A stretch of 59,368 nucleotides of DNA, the filler included. It is 6 parts of 6 records of this genome, joined end to end, with 100 filler letters (N's around TTAATTAATTAA, not from the genome) between each part and the next. Parts side by side here need not be neighbours in the genome. Positions count along the whole stretch, not along the records: positions 18,479 to 34,991 come from DRR723986_78398; 5 more parts are not named here. One strand, 5' to 3'. How positions within the stretch are numbered: the first letter of the stretch is position 1; the number at the start of each line of letters is the position of its first letter. A model generated the notes under the pieces. It worked only from the letters and a program-made list of their open reading frames with translations, was not told where the DNA came from and did no database searches. Position numbers and translations under genes: made by a program. This document shows, in pieces, positions 20,935 through 30,213 of this stretch.

Positions 20935-21558
20935 ATGAGCCCAACCATCATAATTGCAGATGACCATCCTCTGGTATTGAGAGGGTTACAAGATTTTTTA
21001 AATGAAACTAATTATAATGTTTTAGCAAGTGCTAAAAACGGAAAAGAAGCCCTTACCTTAATTAAAGCGCATACGCCTGATATTGCAATTTTAGACATTA
21101 AAATGCCCTTCTACACAGGCTTAGAAATTGCTGAAAAATGTAAGGAGTCTAACTTACTCACTAAAATCATTCTAATTACTTTCGAGAAAGATGAATTAAT
21201 CTACAACAAGGCTAAATCATTAGGTGTCTTTGGTTATGTTTTAAAAGAATTTGCTTTAGATGAAATTGAAAACTGTATCGCTTCAGTAATTAAAAATAGG
21301 CCATATTTTAGTCCGGAATTAATCGCCTACCTAAAAGCAAATAAGCCACCTGAGAAATTTGAGACTCTTACAGATACAGAAAAGAAAGTACTGAAGTTAA
21401 TCGCTGAAAATAAAACAGCTAAAGAAATAGCTAATGAGCTGTATATTTCATCAAGAACGGTTGAAAAACACAAAAGCCACATAAGGACTAAACTTGTATT
21501 GGACTCTAAACATGCTAGTTTACATTTATTTGCTAAAGAAAATTTAGCATTTCTATAA
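20935..21558 (+). CDS. NarL/LuxR-family response regulator with no adjacent kinase
   Basis: REC domain (IADDH, LDIKMP, LK) plus LuxR HTH (LTDTEKKVL..IANELYISSRTVEKH). Confidence 0.93.
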   Translation: MSPTIIIADDHPLVLRGLQDFLNETNYNVLASAKNGKEALTLIKAHTPDIAILDIKMPFYTGLEIAEKCKESNLLTKIILITFEKDELIYNKAKSLGVFGYVLKEFALDEIENCIASVIKNRPYFSPELIAYLKANKPPEKFETLTDTEKKVLKLIAENKTAKEIANELYISSRTVEKHKSHIRTKLVLDSKHASLHLFAKENLAFL

Positions 21559-21560
21559 AA

Positions 21561-21578
21561 ATACGTAGTTCTACGTAT
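21561..21578. promoter_or_regulatory. Palindromic operator copy 1
   Basis: ATACGTAG-TT-CTACGTAT perfect inverted repeat. Confidence 0.7.
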
Positions 21579-21610
21579 AGTATCGTATTATTTTATTTAT
21601 CACCTTTACA

Positions 21611-21701
21611 CTGTTATTAATTAGGGGTTAATAACGAGCTATTAATCAGTTCTTAGGGGATTATTTGAGCCTTAGACATTTGTCTAGGGCTCTTCTTTTT
21701 T
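21611..21701 (+). ncRNA. Candidate small RNA 1
   Basis: Lies behind an operator and a -7-like box; hairpin GTTATTAA-TTAGGGG-TTAATAAC, second TTAGGGG at 21653, terminator 21667-21701. Confidence 0.5.
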
Positions 21702-21717
21702 ATAAAAAAAATAAAAA

Positions 21718-21735
21718 ATACGTAGAACTACGTAT
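21718..21735. promoter_or_regulatory. Palindromic operator copy 2
   Basis: ATACGTAG-AA-CTACGTAT perfect inverted repeat, followed by AGTAT as in copy 1. Confidence 0.7.
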
Positions 21736-21767
21736 AGTATTGCCTTAAAAAAAGTTGCAACTTTCCA

Positions 21768-21838
21768 TCAGCTATTAATCAATGCCTCAAGTTAAGTTCA
21801 AAAAGCTCTGAACTAGAAATTACTTCAGAGCTTTTTTT
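21768..21838 (+). ncRNA. Candidate small RNA 2
   Basis: Shares AGCTATTAATCA with unit 1 and ends in an AAAAGCTCTGAA / TTCAGAGCTTTT terminator. Confidence 0.45.
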
Positions 21839-21850
21839 AAAATATGTATT

Positions 21851-21964
21851 ATGCAATCAGTAAACAACAACACAGAAAAAAAAGAGAAACTTTTTATTGC
21901 ACTTCTTGTAGTAAGTTCAGTATTAGTTATATCAGCCAATGTAGCTGTTAATTTTTTTAGTTAA
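21851..21964 (+). CDS. Putative 37-aa single-TM small protein
   Basis: MQSVNNNTEKKEKLFIALLVVSSVLVISANVAVNFFS; followed by a bidirectional terminator. Confidence 0.5.
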   Translation: MQSVNNNTEKKEKLFIALLVVSSVLVISANVAVNFFS

Positions 21965-21996
21965 TTTTAGTTAGTTGCTCTTTTGTTAGTAAGAGT

Positions 21997-22032
21997 AAAA
22001 AAAGGGCAATTTCAATGAAATTGCCCTTTTTT
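21997..22032. terminator. Bidirectional intrinsic terminator
   Basis: AAAAAAGGGCAATTTC-AAT-GAAATTGCCCTTTTTT. Confidence 0.88.
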
Positions 22033-22053
22033 ATTTTATACTATAATACGTAT

Positions 22054-23268
22054 TTACATTTCTAAAGCCTTATTAGGATTATTATCCATTAGTAACTCTA
22101 TAGGATTCTCAAGTGCTTCTTTAACAGCTACTAAGAAACCTACAGACTCTTTACCATCAATGATTCTGTGATCATATGACAATGCTACATACATAATAGG
22201 TCTTATTTCTACTTTACCATCAATAGCAACTGGTCTTTCTACAATATTATGCATACCTAGTATACCACTTTGAGGAGGATTAATAATTGGTGTAGACAAC
22301 ATACTACCAAAAACCCCACCATTAGATATTGTAAATGTTCCACCTGTCATTTCATCAACAGTAATCTGTCCGTCACGAGCTCTAATAGCTAATCGTTTAA
22401 CTTCAGACTCTACTCCTCTAAATGATAAGTTTTCTGCATTTCTAATAACAGGGACCATTAATCCTTTTGGGCCAGACACAGCAATACTAATATCTACAAA
22501 ATCATAAGTTAGCATTTCTTTACCATCGATCATTGAATTCACGGCTGGATATAATTTTAATGCTCTTACAACTGCAAGTGTAAAGAAACTCATAAATCCA
22601 AGACTTACTCCATGTTTGGCTTTAAAGTCTTCTTTATATTGTTTTCGTAAATCGAATATTGGAGACATATCAACCTCATTAAACGTGGTTAACATTGCCG
22701 TTGTATTTTTTGCCTCAACTAATCGCTCTGCTACTTTTCGACGTAACATTGACATCTTACTGCGCGACGTACCTCTGCTTCCACCTGTTGGAGTTCCCAT
22801 AGATGGTACTGCATTTACAGCATCATCTTTTGTTATGCGACCATCTTTGCCTGTGCCTTTAACGGTACTAGCTTCAATACCTTTTTCATCTAGTATCTTC
22901 TTAGCTGCAGGACTTGCTGTACCTGTAGCATAAGTCTTAGCTTCTGGTTGTGAAACTTTTGGTTCTTCCTTTTTAGGCTCAGTCTCTTTCTTTTCTTCCT
23001 TAGTGGCAGCATCACTTCCTTCAGGTTTTGATGCGCTTGTATCTATTAGGCACACCACAGCACCTACCTCAACTGCATCACCTTCTTCTGCTTTAAGCGT
23101 AATTGTGCCACTTGCTTCGGCTGGTAACTCGAGCGTAGCTTTATCGCTATCTACTTCTGCAATTGCCTGGTCCTTTTCTACGTAATCACCATCTTGCACT
23201 AACCATTCTGCAATTTCTACTTCAGTAATTGATTCGCCTGGAGAAGGCACTTTCATTTCTAAAATCAT
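22054..23268 (-). CDS. sucB: 2-oxoglutarate dehydrogenase E2, dihydrolipoyl succinyltransferase
   Basis: Lipoyl motif [14 protein letters not shown] and YDHRIIDG. Confidence 0.97.
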   Translation of the reverse strand: MILEMKVPSPGESITEVEIAEWLVQDGDYVEKDQAIAEVDSDKATLELPAEASGTITLKAEEGDAVEVGAVVCLIDTSASKPEGSDAATKEEKKETEPKKEEPKVSQPEAKTYATGTASPAAKKILDEKGIEASTVKGTGKDGRITKDDAVNAVPSMGTPTGGSRGTSRSKMSMLRRKVAERLVEAKNTTAMLTTFNEVDMSPIFDLRKQYKEDFKAKHGVSLGFMSFFTLAVVRALKLYPAVNSMIDGKEMLTYDFVDISIAVSGPKGLMVPVIRNAENLSFRGVESEVKRLAIRARDGQITVDEMTGGTFTISNGGVFGSMLSTPIINPPQSGILGMHNIVERPVAIDGKVEIRPIMYVALSYDHRIIDGKESVGFLVAVKEALENPIELLMDNNPNKALEM

Positions 23269-23305
23269 GGGCTTTATATTTATTTAAGCTCTAATTTGAG
23301 TTATT

Positions 23306-26071
23306 TTATTTCTTTTGTCTCTGGTTATTTTTTGTTTTATCAAAAACGTAATCTATAACTTCTTGATGTCTTATTTTTGAACGTACTGCGCTACCTGCTG
23401 CCGGAGCACCATAAGGTCTTCTACTTGCCGCTCTAAAGTCTTTTGCTTCTTCTAAATGCATTAACATATGAGAGTAAGCGCCCATATTCCTTGGTTCTTC
23501 CTGTGCCCAAACCAAATCCGCTGCATTTTCATATTTTTTTATGACGTCTCTTATTAGGTTTACAGGTAAAGGGAATAACTGTTCAATTCTTACTAACGCA
23601 ACATCATCTCTTTGAAGTTTTTCACGCTGTTCTAATAAATCGTAATAAAACTTTCCTGTTACAAACACTACAATTTTAACCTTTTCTGCCTTGACTTCAT
23701 CATCATCAATTAGCATTTGAAAACTACCATTAGCAAATTCATCTACTGATGATATCACCTTAGGATGACGAAGCAAACTTTTCGGTGTAAAAACAATTAA
23801 AGGTTTTCTATAATTGGCTTTCATTTGTTTACGGAGCAAATGAAACATATTGGCTGGTGTCGTGCAGTCGGCAATAAACATATTATCCTTAGCGCATGCT
23901 TGTAAATATCGTTCCATACGACCAGAAGAATGTTCTGCTCCTTGCCCTTCGTAACCGTGTGGTAATAACATAACCAGTCCATTCTGTGTTTTCCATTTAT
24001 CTTCACCTGAAGATATGTACTGGTCAATCATAATCTGAGCTCCATTACTAAAATCTCCAAATTGCGCTTCCCAAATTGTTAATGTATTAGGGCTTGCCAT
24101 AGCATAGCCATAATCAAATCCAACTACACCATACTCAGATAACAATGAATTATAGATACTAAAATGACCTTGATCTTTGGATATATTATTGTGCAATACT
24201 ATTTCTTCTTCACTATCCTCTACTTTGACAACTGCATGTCTGTGAGAGAAAGTTCCCCTTTCTACATCTTGCCCTGAAATTCTAACATCAAAACCTTCGA
24301 GTAAAAGTGACCCATAAGCTAAGTGTTCAGCCATTGCCCAATCTAATCGGTTTTCATCAAACATAGTTTGTCTAGATTCAATTAAACGCTGAATCTTCCT
24401 GATGAATTTTTTATCCTCTGGTAAATTAGAAATTACTTTAGTTATTTCTTTTAAAACCTTTTTAGAAACCTTTGTATCAACAGGCTTCATCATTACGGCT
24501 TCAGCAACTCTGGTAAATCCTTCCCATTCTTCTTGCATAAAAGCAGTAATTTCAGTTTTATCTTCTTTACGGGAATCTTCTAATTTCTCTTCGAGCTGTG
24601 CTTTATATTTAGCTTCAATATGTTTTACGTAACCTTCGTCAATTACTCCTTCCTCTATAAGTCGTTGCGCGTAAATATCTCTAGGATTTTTATGCTTTGC
24701 TATTGCTTTGTATAACAGAGGTTGCGTAAATTTAGGTTCATCTCCTTCATTATGTCCGTATTTTCTATAACCTAATAAATCAATAAATACATCTCTTTTA
24801 AACTGCATTCTAAAATCTAACGCAAACATTGCTGCATGTACCACTGCTTCGGCGTCATCTGCATTAACATGTAACACAGGAGACAATGTTACTTTACCAA
24901 CATCTGTACAATAAGTACTTGATCTTGCATCTAAATAGTTAGTGGTAAAACCAATTTGATTATTTACAACAATATGTATTGTTCCGTTAGTTTTATAACC
25001 ATCTAGTTTTGCCATTTGAACAACCTCATAAACCAATCCCTGACCAGCAATCGCAGCATCTCCATGCACTACAATTGGTAAAACCTGAGATGCATCATTT
25101 ATCTCTGGCTTGTCTTGTTTGGCTCTTGTAATACCTTGCACAACTGCGCCAACTGTTTCTAAATGAGATGGGTTTGGTGCAATGTTGAGATTTATTTTTA
25201 AGTTATTATAGGTTTCTCGATTACTCGTCCACCCTAAATGATATTTTACATCTCCATCAAAGACTTCTTCTTCGTAATCTTTTCCATCGAATTCACTAAA
25301 AATATCTTTAGCAGATTTCCCGAAGATGTTTGTTAAAGTACTTAAACGGCCACGATGAGCCATACCCATAACAAATTCTTTTACCCCTTGGTCAGCAGCT
25401 TTTTCTATAATGGCATCAACTGCAGGTATTAAAGATTCATTTCCTTCTAAGGAGAATCGTTTTTGACCAACATACTTTGTGTGTAAAAAAGACTCAAAAG
25501 AAACTGCTTGATTTAACTTTTTTAGTATATACTTTTTTTCGTCGTTAGTAAATTTGGTGTGATTATCATTGACATTTAACTTATCCTGAATCCACTGTAT
25601 TTCTTCAGGTTTTCTAATGTACATATATTCCACACCAATAGAATCGCAATAAATACGTTCTAAATGATCAATTATATTTTGAAGCGTTGCAGAACCTAGA
25701 CCTATTATTTCCCCAGCTGAAAACGTAGTCTGTAAATCATTCTGAGATAGACCAAAATTTTCAATTTCTAGAGTTGGCGCATACTTTCGTCTTGCTCTTA
25801 CTGGGTTAGTTTTTGTAAACAAATGGCCTCTATTTCTATATCCATCAATAAGTTTTACAACCTGAAATTCTTTTTGTAATTGTTCCGGAATTTGGGTAGA
25901 AACACCTTCAACAATTTCACCTTGTAATCCATAGTTTTCTGATCCAAAATCGTAACCTTGAAAAAAGGCACGCCAACTTGGTTCTACGGAATCAGGATTT
26001 TTTAGATATTGGTCATACAAATCGGCAAAATATGCCGTGTGTGCTGCGTTGAGAAAGGAATATTTATCCAT
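23306..26071 (-). CDS. sucA: 2-oxoglutarate dehydrogenase E1
   Basis: GMAHRGRL, HGDAA, WEAQFGDF and LPHGYEGQG motifs. Confidence 0.98.
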   Translation of the reverse strand: MDKYSFLNAAHTAYFADLYDQYLKNPDSVEPSWRAFFQGYDFGSENYGLQGEIVEGVSTQIPEQLQKEFQVVKLIDGYRNRGHLFTKTNPVRARRKYAPTLEIENFGLSQNDLQTTFSAGEIIGLGSATLQNIIDHLERIYCDSIGVEYMYIRKPEEIQWIQDKLNVNDNHTKFTNDEKKYILKKLNQAVSFESFLHTKYVGQKRFSLEGNESLIPAVDAIIEKAADQGVKEFVMGMAHRGRLSTLTNIFGKSAKDIFSEFDGKDYEEEVFDGDVKYHLGWTSNRETYNNLKINLNIAPNPSHLETVGAVVQGITRAKQDKPEINDASQVLPIVVHGDAAIAGQGLVYEVVQMAKLDGYKTNGTIHIVVNNQIGFTTNYLDARSSTYCTDVGKVTLSPVLHVNADDAEAVVHAAMFALDFRMQFKRDVFIDLLGYRKYGHNEGDEPKFTQPLLYKAIAKHKNPRDIYAQRLIEEGVIDEGYVKHIEAKYKAQLEEKLEDSRKEDKTEITAFMQEEWEGFTRVAEAVMMKPVDTKVSKKVLKEITKVISNLPEDKKFIRKIQRLIESRQTMFDENRLDWAMAEHLAYGSLLLEGFDVRISGQDVERGTFSHRHAVVKVEDSEEEIVLHNNISKDQGHFSIYNSLLSEYGVVGFDYGYAMASPNTLTIWEAQFGDFSNGAQIMIDQYISSGEDKWKTQNGLVMLLPHGYEGQGAEHSSGRMERYLQACAKDNMFIADCTTPANMFHLLRKQMKANYRKPLIVFTPKSLLRHPKVISSVDEFANGSFQMLIDDDEVKAEKVKIVVFVTGKFYYDLLEQREKLQRDDVALVRIEQLFPLPVNLIRDVIKKYENAADLVWAQEEPRNMGAYSHMLMHLEEAKDFRAASRRPYGAPAAGSAVRSKIRHQEVIDYVFDKTKNNQRQKK

Positions 26072-26185
26072 TACTTTTTTTGAGACGTTGTCGTTTCAAC
26101 AAAATTTCTTCAAAAATACAACTTTTGCCAAATATAGATGTGGATTTATTATATTTATAACACTTAGAAACTAACAATTATAGAG

Positions 26186-26728
26186 ATGATAAAATTGAAC
26201 TTAACTTATTGCAAAAAAATAATAATCTCCTGTTTATTAACTGGCTTCTTTTCATTATTATCAAATTCTCAAAATATTCCTGATGATAATAGTTTCTGGG
26301 AAAATGTACAATTTGGTGGTGGCATAGGACTAAATTTTGGAGATGGCTTTTTTAGTGGTGCGTTAGCACCTGCAGCATTGTACAGACACAATTCATATGT
26401 TTCTACTGGTGTAGGCCTAAATTTTCAATACAGCTCTCAGCGCGATGTATTTAAATCTACAGTTATAGGAGGAAGTATTATTGGTCTTTTTAATCCTTAT
26501 CGAGAGTTACAATTCTCTACAGAATTTGAACAATTATATGTTAATAGAGATTTTGACGAGCAATTTGTATCTAATGTAGACGATAGCTATTGGCATCCGG
26601 CTTTATTTTTAGGCGCTGGTTATCGTAGTGGAAATATCACTTTCGGAATACGATATGATGTTTTATACGACGAAAAGAAAAGCATCCAAAACCAAGCTTG
26701 GATGCCATTTGTGAGATTTTGGTTTTAA
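26186..26728 (+). CDS. Outer-membrane beta-barrel protein of unknown function
   Basis: Signal peptide, amphipathic beta-strands and C-terminal aromatic residues (FVRFWF). Confidence 0.75.
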   Translation: MIKLNLTYCKKIIISCLLTGFFSLLSNSQNIPDDNSFWENVQFGGGIGLNFGDGFFSGALAPAALYRHNSYVSTGVGLNFQYSSQRDVFKSTVIGGSIIGLFNPYRELQFSTEFEQLYVNRDFDEQFVSNVDDSYWHPALFLGAGYRSGNITFGIRYDVLYDEKKSIQNQAWMPFVRFWF

Positions 26729-26785
26729 TTGGCAAGAAAAATGATTTGAAAAAGAGGTTAGGTAATTTAATATTCAGCCTCTTTT

Positions 26786-27136
26786 TTAGCTATACTTAGC
26801 TTTATACCATACTTTTTGCCATTCTCGTTGAAGAATTAAGAATGTTACATCTTCAGACAATTTCACCATATCTTCTCCATCTAAAGCACGAATCTTTGGT
26901 TCTGAAACATCCACTTGATAAAGTAAATTAAGATAATCTGCAAACTTGTTTTGTATAAGGTGAAAAACCGTTTCCTGTAATACCAATTTTAAACTTGTTG
27001 GTAAGGTTTCTTTATCAAATTCCAGATCTACATTTGCAAATAACAAATCTTTGTTAAGTTGCATAATAAGCTTCTTATATAAATTCAGCGAATTTGCTTC
27101 GGTTATTAAATCTTTAAAATTAGCAGGTAATGACAT
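26786..27136 (-). CDS. Conserved hypothetical protein
   Basis: 116-aa ORF translationally coupled to the upstream gene; NLLYQVDVSE and REWQKVW segments. Confidence 0.75.
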   Translation of the reverse strand: MSLPANFKDLITEANSLNLYKKLIMQLNKDLLFANVDLEFDKETLPTSLKLVLQETVFHLIQNKFADYLNLLYQVDVSEPKIRALDGEDMVKLSEDVTFLILQREWQKVWYKAKYS

Positions 27137-28110
27137 TAGACACGTCTATTCATTAATTGCTCACCAAATAATCTTAATACCTGTTTTTTGTCTTCTGAAA
27201 TATTCAAACCTTCTAACACTTTAAATGCTTTGTCTGTATAATCCTTTACTGCGACTTGAGTTGCCTCTGATGCGCCTGAACTGTTAAAAAGAGATTTTAC
27301 AGATTCAACTTTCTCAGTTTCTGAAATTGAATTAGTATTCATAGTTTCGACAAGACTCGTTTTTTGGACATTAGAACCTAATTCTAGAGTTTTTAAATAA
27401 AGGTATGTTTTTTTGTTTTCCAGAATATCACCGCCAACTTGTTTTCCAAACGTTTCAGGATTTCCAAAAGCATCTAAATAATCATCTTGTAACTGAAATG
27501 CCACTCCTAGATAGCGTCCAAAATCATAAATCGCATTTTGATCTTTATCCGAAGCTTTAGCCACAATTGCACCCATTTTCATGGCAGCACCCACTAAAAC
27601 AGCCGTTTTATATTCAATCATTTTAAGGTATTCTGCAATGGATACATCGTTTCTAGTCTCAAAATCTATATCATATTGCTGACCTTCACAAACTTCGAGT
27701 GCCGTTTTACTAAACAATTTAGCTAGTGCCTGAAAAACGCTTGCTTCATAATTTTCAAACAGTTGGTATGCTAATATTAACATGGCATCACCTGAGAGAA
27801 TTCCAGTATTTAAATCCCATTTTTCATGGACGGTTTTTTTACCTCGCCTTAAGGGTGCATCATCCATAATATCGTCATGTATTAATGAGAAATTATGAAA
27901 AACCTCAACAGATAAAGCCGCATCTAAAGCTGTTTTGGCTGCACCACCAAAAATTTCTGTTGTCATTATAGTTAATACAGGACGCAAGCGTTTCCCTCCT
28001 AGTTTTAGGATATAATTTACAGGTTCATAAAGATTCTTAGGCTCTTTTTCTACGGCGAAAGTCTCTAAATATTCAAGAAAAGACTTTTGGTAAACTTCTA
28101 TGTTTTGCAT
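27136..28110 (-). CDS. Polyprenyl (geranylgeranyl/farnesyl) diphosphate synthase
   Basis: GGKRLRP, HDDIMD, LRRG, KTA and FQLQDDYLD motifs. Confidence 0.95.
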   Translation of the reverse strand: MQNIEVYQKSFLEYLETFAVEKEPKNLYEPVNYILKLGGKRLRPVLTIMTTEIFGGAAKTALDAALSVEVFHNFSLIHDDIMDDAPLRRGKKTVHEKWDLNTGILSGDAMLILAYQLFENYEASVFQALAKLFSKTALEVCEGQQYDIDFETRNDVSIAEYLKMIEYKTAVLVGAAMKMGAIVAKASDKDQNAIYDFGRYLGVAFQLQDDYLDAFGNPETFGKQVGGDILENKKTYLYLKTLELGSNVQKTSLVETMNTNSISETEKVESVKSLFNSSGASEATQVAVKDYTDKAFKVLEGLNISEDKKQVLRLFGEQLMNRRV

Positions 28111-28179
28111 AACACAAAAATAATGCATTAATAATATTTATAGCTAGTGATACCTATGTTAAAATAGTATTAAAACTTT

Positions 28180-28220
28180 GGAAACTATTTTTGTTTTTAA
28201 AGTTTCCGTTTGTACATTTG
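28180..28220 (+). promoter_or_regulatory. Putative TetR operator overlapping the promoter
   Basis: GGAAACT-N14-AGTTTCC inverted repeat followed by the -7 box TACATTTG at 28213-28220. Confidence 0.6.
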
Positions 28221-28230
28221 TACAGTAATT

Positions 28231-28836
28231 ATGAGAGAAAAGATTATACAAAAGTCATCAGAATTGTTTCTAACACTTGGTTTTAAAAGTGTAACGATGG
28301 ACGATATAGCCAACGCCTTGGGTATATCTAAAAAAACCATTTATGTACACTTTAGTAATAAAACAAAATTAGTAGAAGCCGTAACATTTACACTTTTTGA
28401 GAATATCTGCGATGGTATTGATTGTATTTGTTTAGAAGCAAAAAACCCTATAGAAGAACTATATGACATAAAGATGTTTGTAATGCAACATTTAAAAAAT
28501 GAACAAGCATCACCCATTTTTCAATTAAAAAAATACTATCCAACGATACATGATGCTTTAAAATCAAAGCAATTTAAAAAAATGCACGAGTCAGTATCAG
28601 ATAGTCTAAAAAAAGGAGTTGAAACTAAAGTATTTAGATCAAATATAGATATTGACTTTATTGCAAGACTCTACTTTAATGGAATGACAGGTATTAAAGA
28701 CGAAGCTATTTTTCCTCGTCAAAAATTTACCATGGAATACCTTATCGAAAACTTCTTAGAGTATCACCTAAGAGCTATTGTGACCGAAAAAGGTTTTAAA
28801 ATATTAAATCAATTTATTACAAAACATCAATCTTAA
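28231..28836 (+). CDS. TetR/AcrR family transcriptional regulator
   Basis: N-terminal HTH GFKSVTMDDIANALGISKKTIYVHF. Confidence 0.93.
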   Translation: MREKIIQKSSELFLTLGFKSVTMDDIANALGISKKTIYVHFSNKTKLVEAVTFTLFENICDGIDCICLEAKNPIEELYDIKMFVMQHLKNEQASPIFQLKKYYPTIHDALKSKQFKKMHESVSDSLKKGVETKVFRSNIDIDFIARLYFNGMTGIKDEAIFPRQKFTMEYLIENFLEYHLRAIVTEKGFKILNQFITKHQS

Positions 28837-28842
28837 TAACTG

Positions 28843-30183
28843 ATGAAACAAATTTCAACATTTATTTTACTCATTTGGTTAAGCTTCAGTTTTTCACAAG
28901 AAGCAACTATGAGTCTCAGTTTAGAAGAGGCTATTGATTTCGCTTTAGAAAACAATAGTCAAGCAAAAAATGCAGTAAGAGATATCGAAGCAGCTAAAAA
29001 AAAGAAATGGGAAACCACAGCAACTGGTCTACCTCAGATAAATGTAAGCATTGATTATCAAAACTTTTTAAAGCAACAAGTATCTGTTGTACCTGCAGAG
29101 TTCTTTGGTGGTGAACCTGGCGAATTTGCAGAGGTTATATTTGGTACAAAACAAAATATAAACGCCACAGCTACTCTAAGTCAGTTAATTTTTGATGGTT
29201 CATATCTTGTTGGCCTTCAATCTGCAAAAGTATTTTTAGAGATTTCAAAAAATGCTAAAGAAAAAACAGATTTAGAGGTTAGAAAAAGTGTCATTAATGC
29301 CTATGGGAATGTGTTACTTGCTGAGGAGAGTGAAGCCATTTTTAAAAAGAACAAAGACGTTCTCCAAAAAAATCTAAATGAAACTCAAAAGATTTATAAC
29401 AATGGCCTTACCGAGGAGGAAAGTGTTGAGCAATTAAAAATAACATTGTCTGGCATTGAGAGCGGCTTAAAAAATGTAACTCGACTAAAGAATATTGCCT
29501 ACCAAATGTTCAATATTGCCATTGGTACAGACCTAATGTCTAATATTACATTTACTGATACTTTAGAGAGTTTAGCAGAAGCTAATATCAGGTTAGAATT
29601 ACTTGAGAATGAGTTTAGTGTAGATAACACTATAGATTACAGAATAGCCGAGAATGACAAAGTTTCTAAAGAACTGTTGTTAAAACTAGAAAAAAGTAAA
29701 GCACTTCCCTCCCTTAGTGGTTTTATAAATGGTGGTTACCTAGCGTTTAGTGATGACTTTTCTTTTTTTCAAAGTGATCAAAGCTGGTCTGGTTTCTCGT
29801 TAGTTGGTCTTAACTTAAATATTCCAATTTTCAGTTCACTTGGTAGATCTGCATCAACCCAAAGAGCAAAAATAAATCTCGAAAAAGCAGAAGAAGATTT
29901 AAATTATATAGAACAACAACTTAGGTTACAGATAGAAACTTCTAAAAGCAACTATGAATATGCGATTGAGGAATATAAAAACAAAAAAGACAATCTAAGG
30001 CTAGCAGAACGTATTGAGAATAAAAATCAAATTAAATTCTTTGAAGGTATCTCAAGTAGCTTCGAGTTACGACAAGCGCAAACTCAATTATATACGGCAC
30101 AACAAAACTATTTGCAAGCCATGTTAAACGTTTTAACGCAAAAAGCAGAACTAGAAACCTTATTAAATACTCCAAACAATTAG
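28843..30183 (+). CDS. TolC-family outer-membrane efflux protein
   Basis: Signal peptide, LSLEEAIDFALENN and OEP repeat pattern; operon position. Confidence 0.92.
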   Translation: MKQISTFILLIWLSFSFSQEATMSLSLEEAIDFALENNSQAKNAVRDIEAAKKKKWETTATGLPQINVSIDYQNFLKQQVSVVPAEFFGGEPGEFAEVIFGTKQNINATATLSQLIFDGSYLVGLQSAKVFLEISKNAKEKTDLEVRKSVINAYGNVLLAEESEAIFKKNKDVLQKNLNETQKIYNNGLTEEESVEQLKITLSGIESGLKNVTRLKNIAYQMFNIAIGTDLMSNITFTDTLESLAEANIRLELLENEFSVDNTIDYRIAENDKVSKELLLKLEKSKALPSLSGFINGGYLAFSDDFSFFQSDQSWSGFSLVGLNLNIPIFSSLGRSASTQRAKINLEKAEEDLNYIEQQLRLQIETSKSNYEYAIEEYKNKKDNLRLAERIENKNQIKFFEGISSSFELRQAQTQLYTAQQNYLQAMLNVLTQKAELETLLNTPNN

Positions 30184-30213
30184 AGAATCAACCCATTGAC
30201 AGAATTATATATT

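Noticed and set aside
21561-21740. Possible mini-CRISPR array from the two palindromic repeats
   Set aside because: Only two copies, 157 nt apart, with a terminator between them and no cas genes.
21844-21951. 35-aa Cys-containing ORF MYYAISKQQHRKKRETFYCTSCSKFSISYISQCSC
   Set aside because: It overlaps the more plausible TM microprotein in another frame and has no modifying enzymes nearby.
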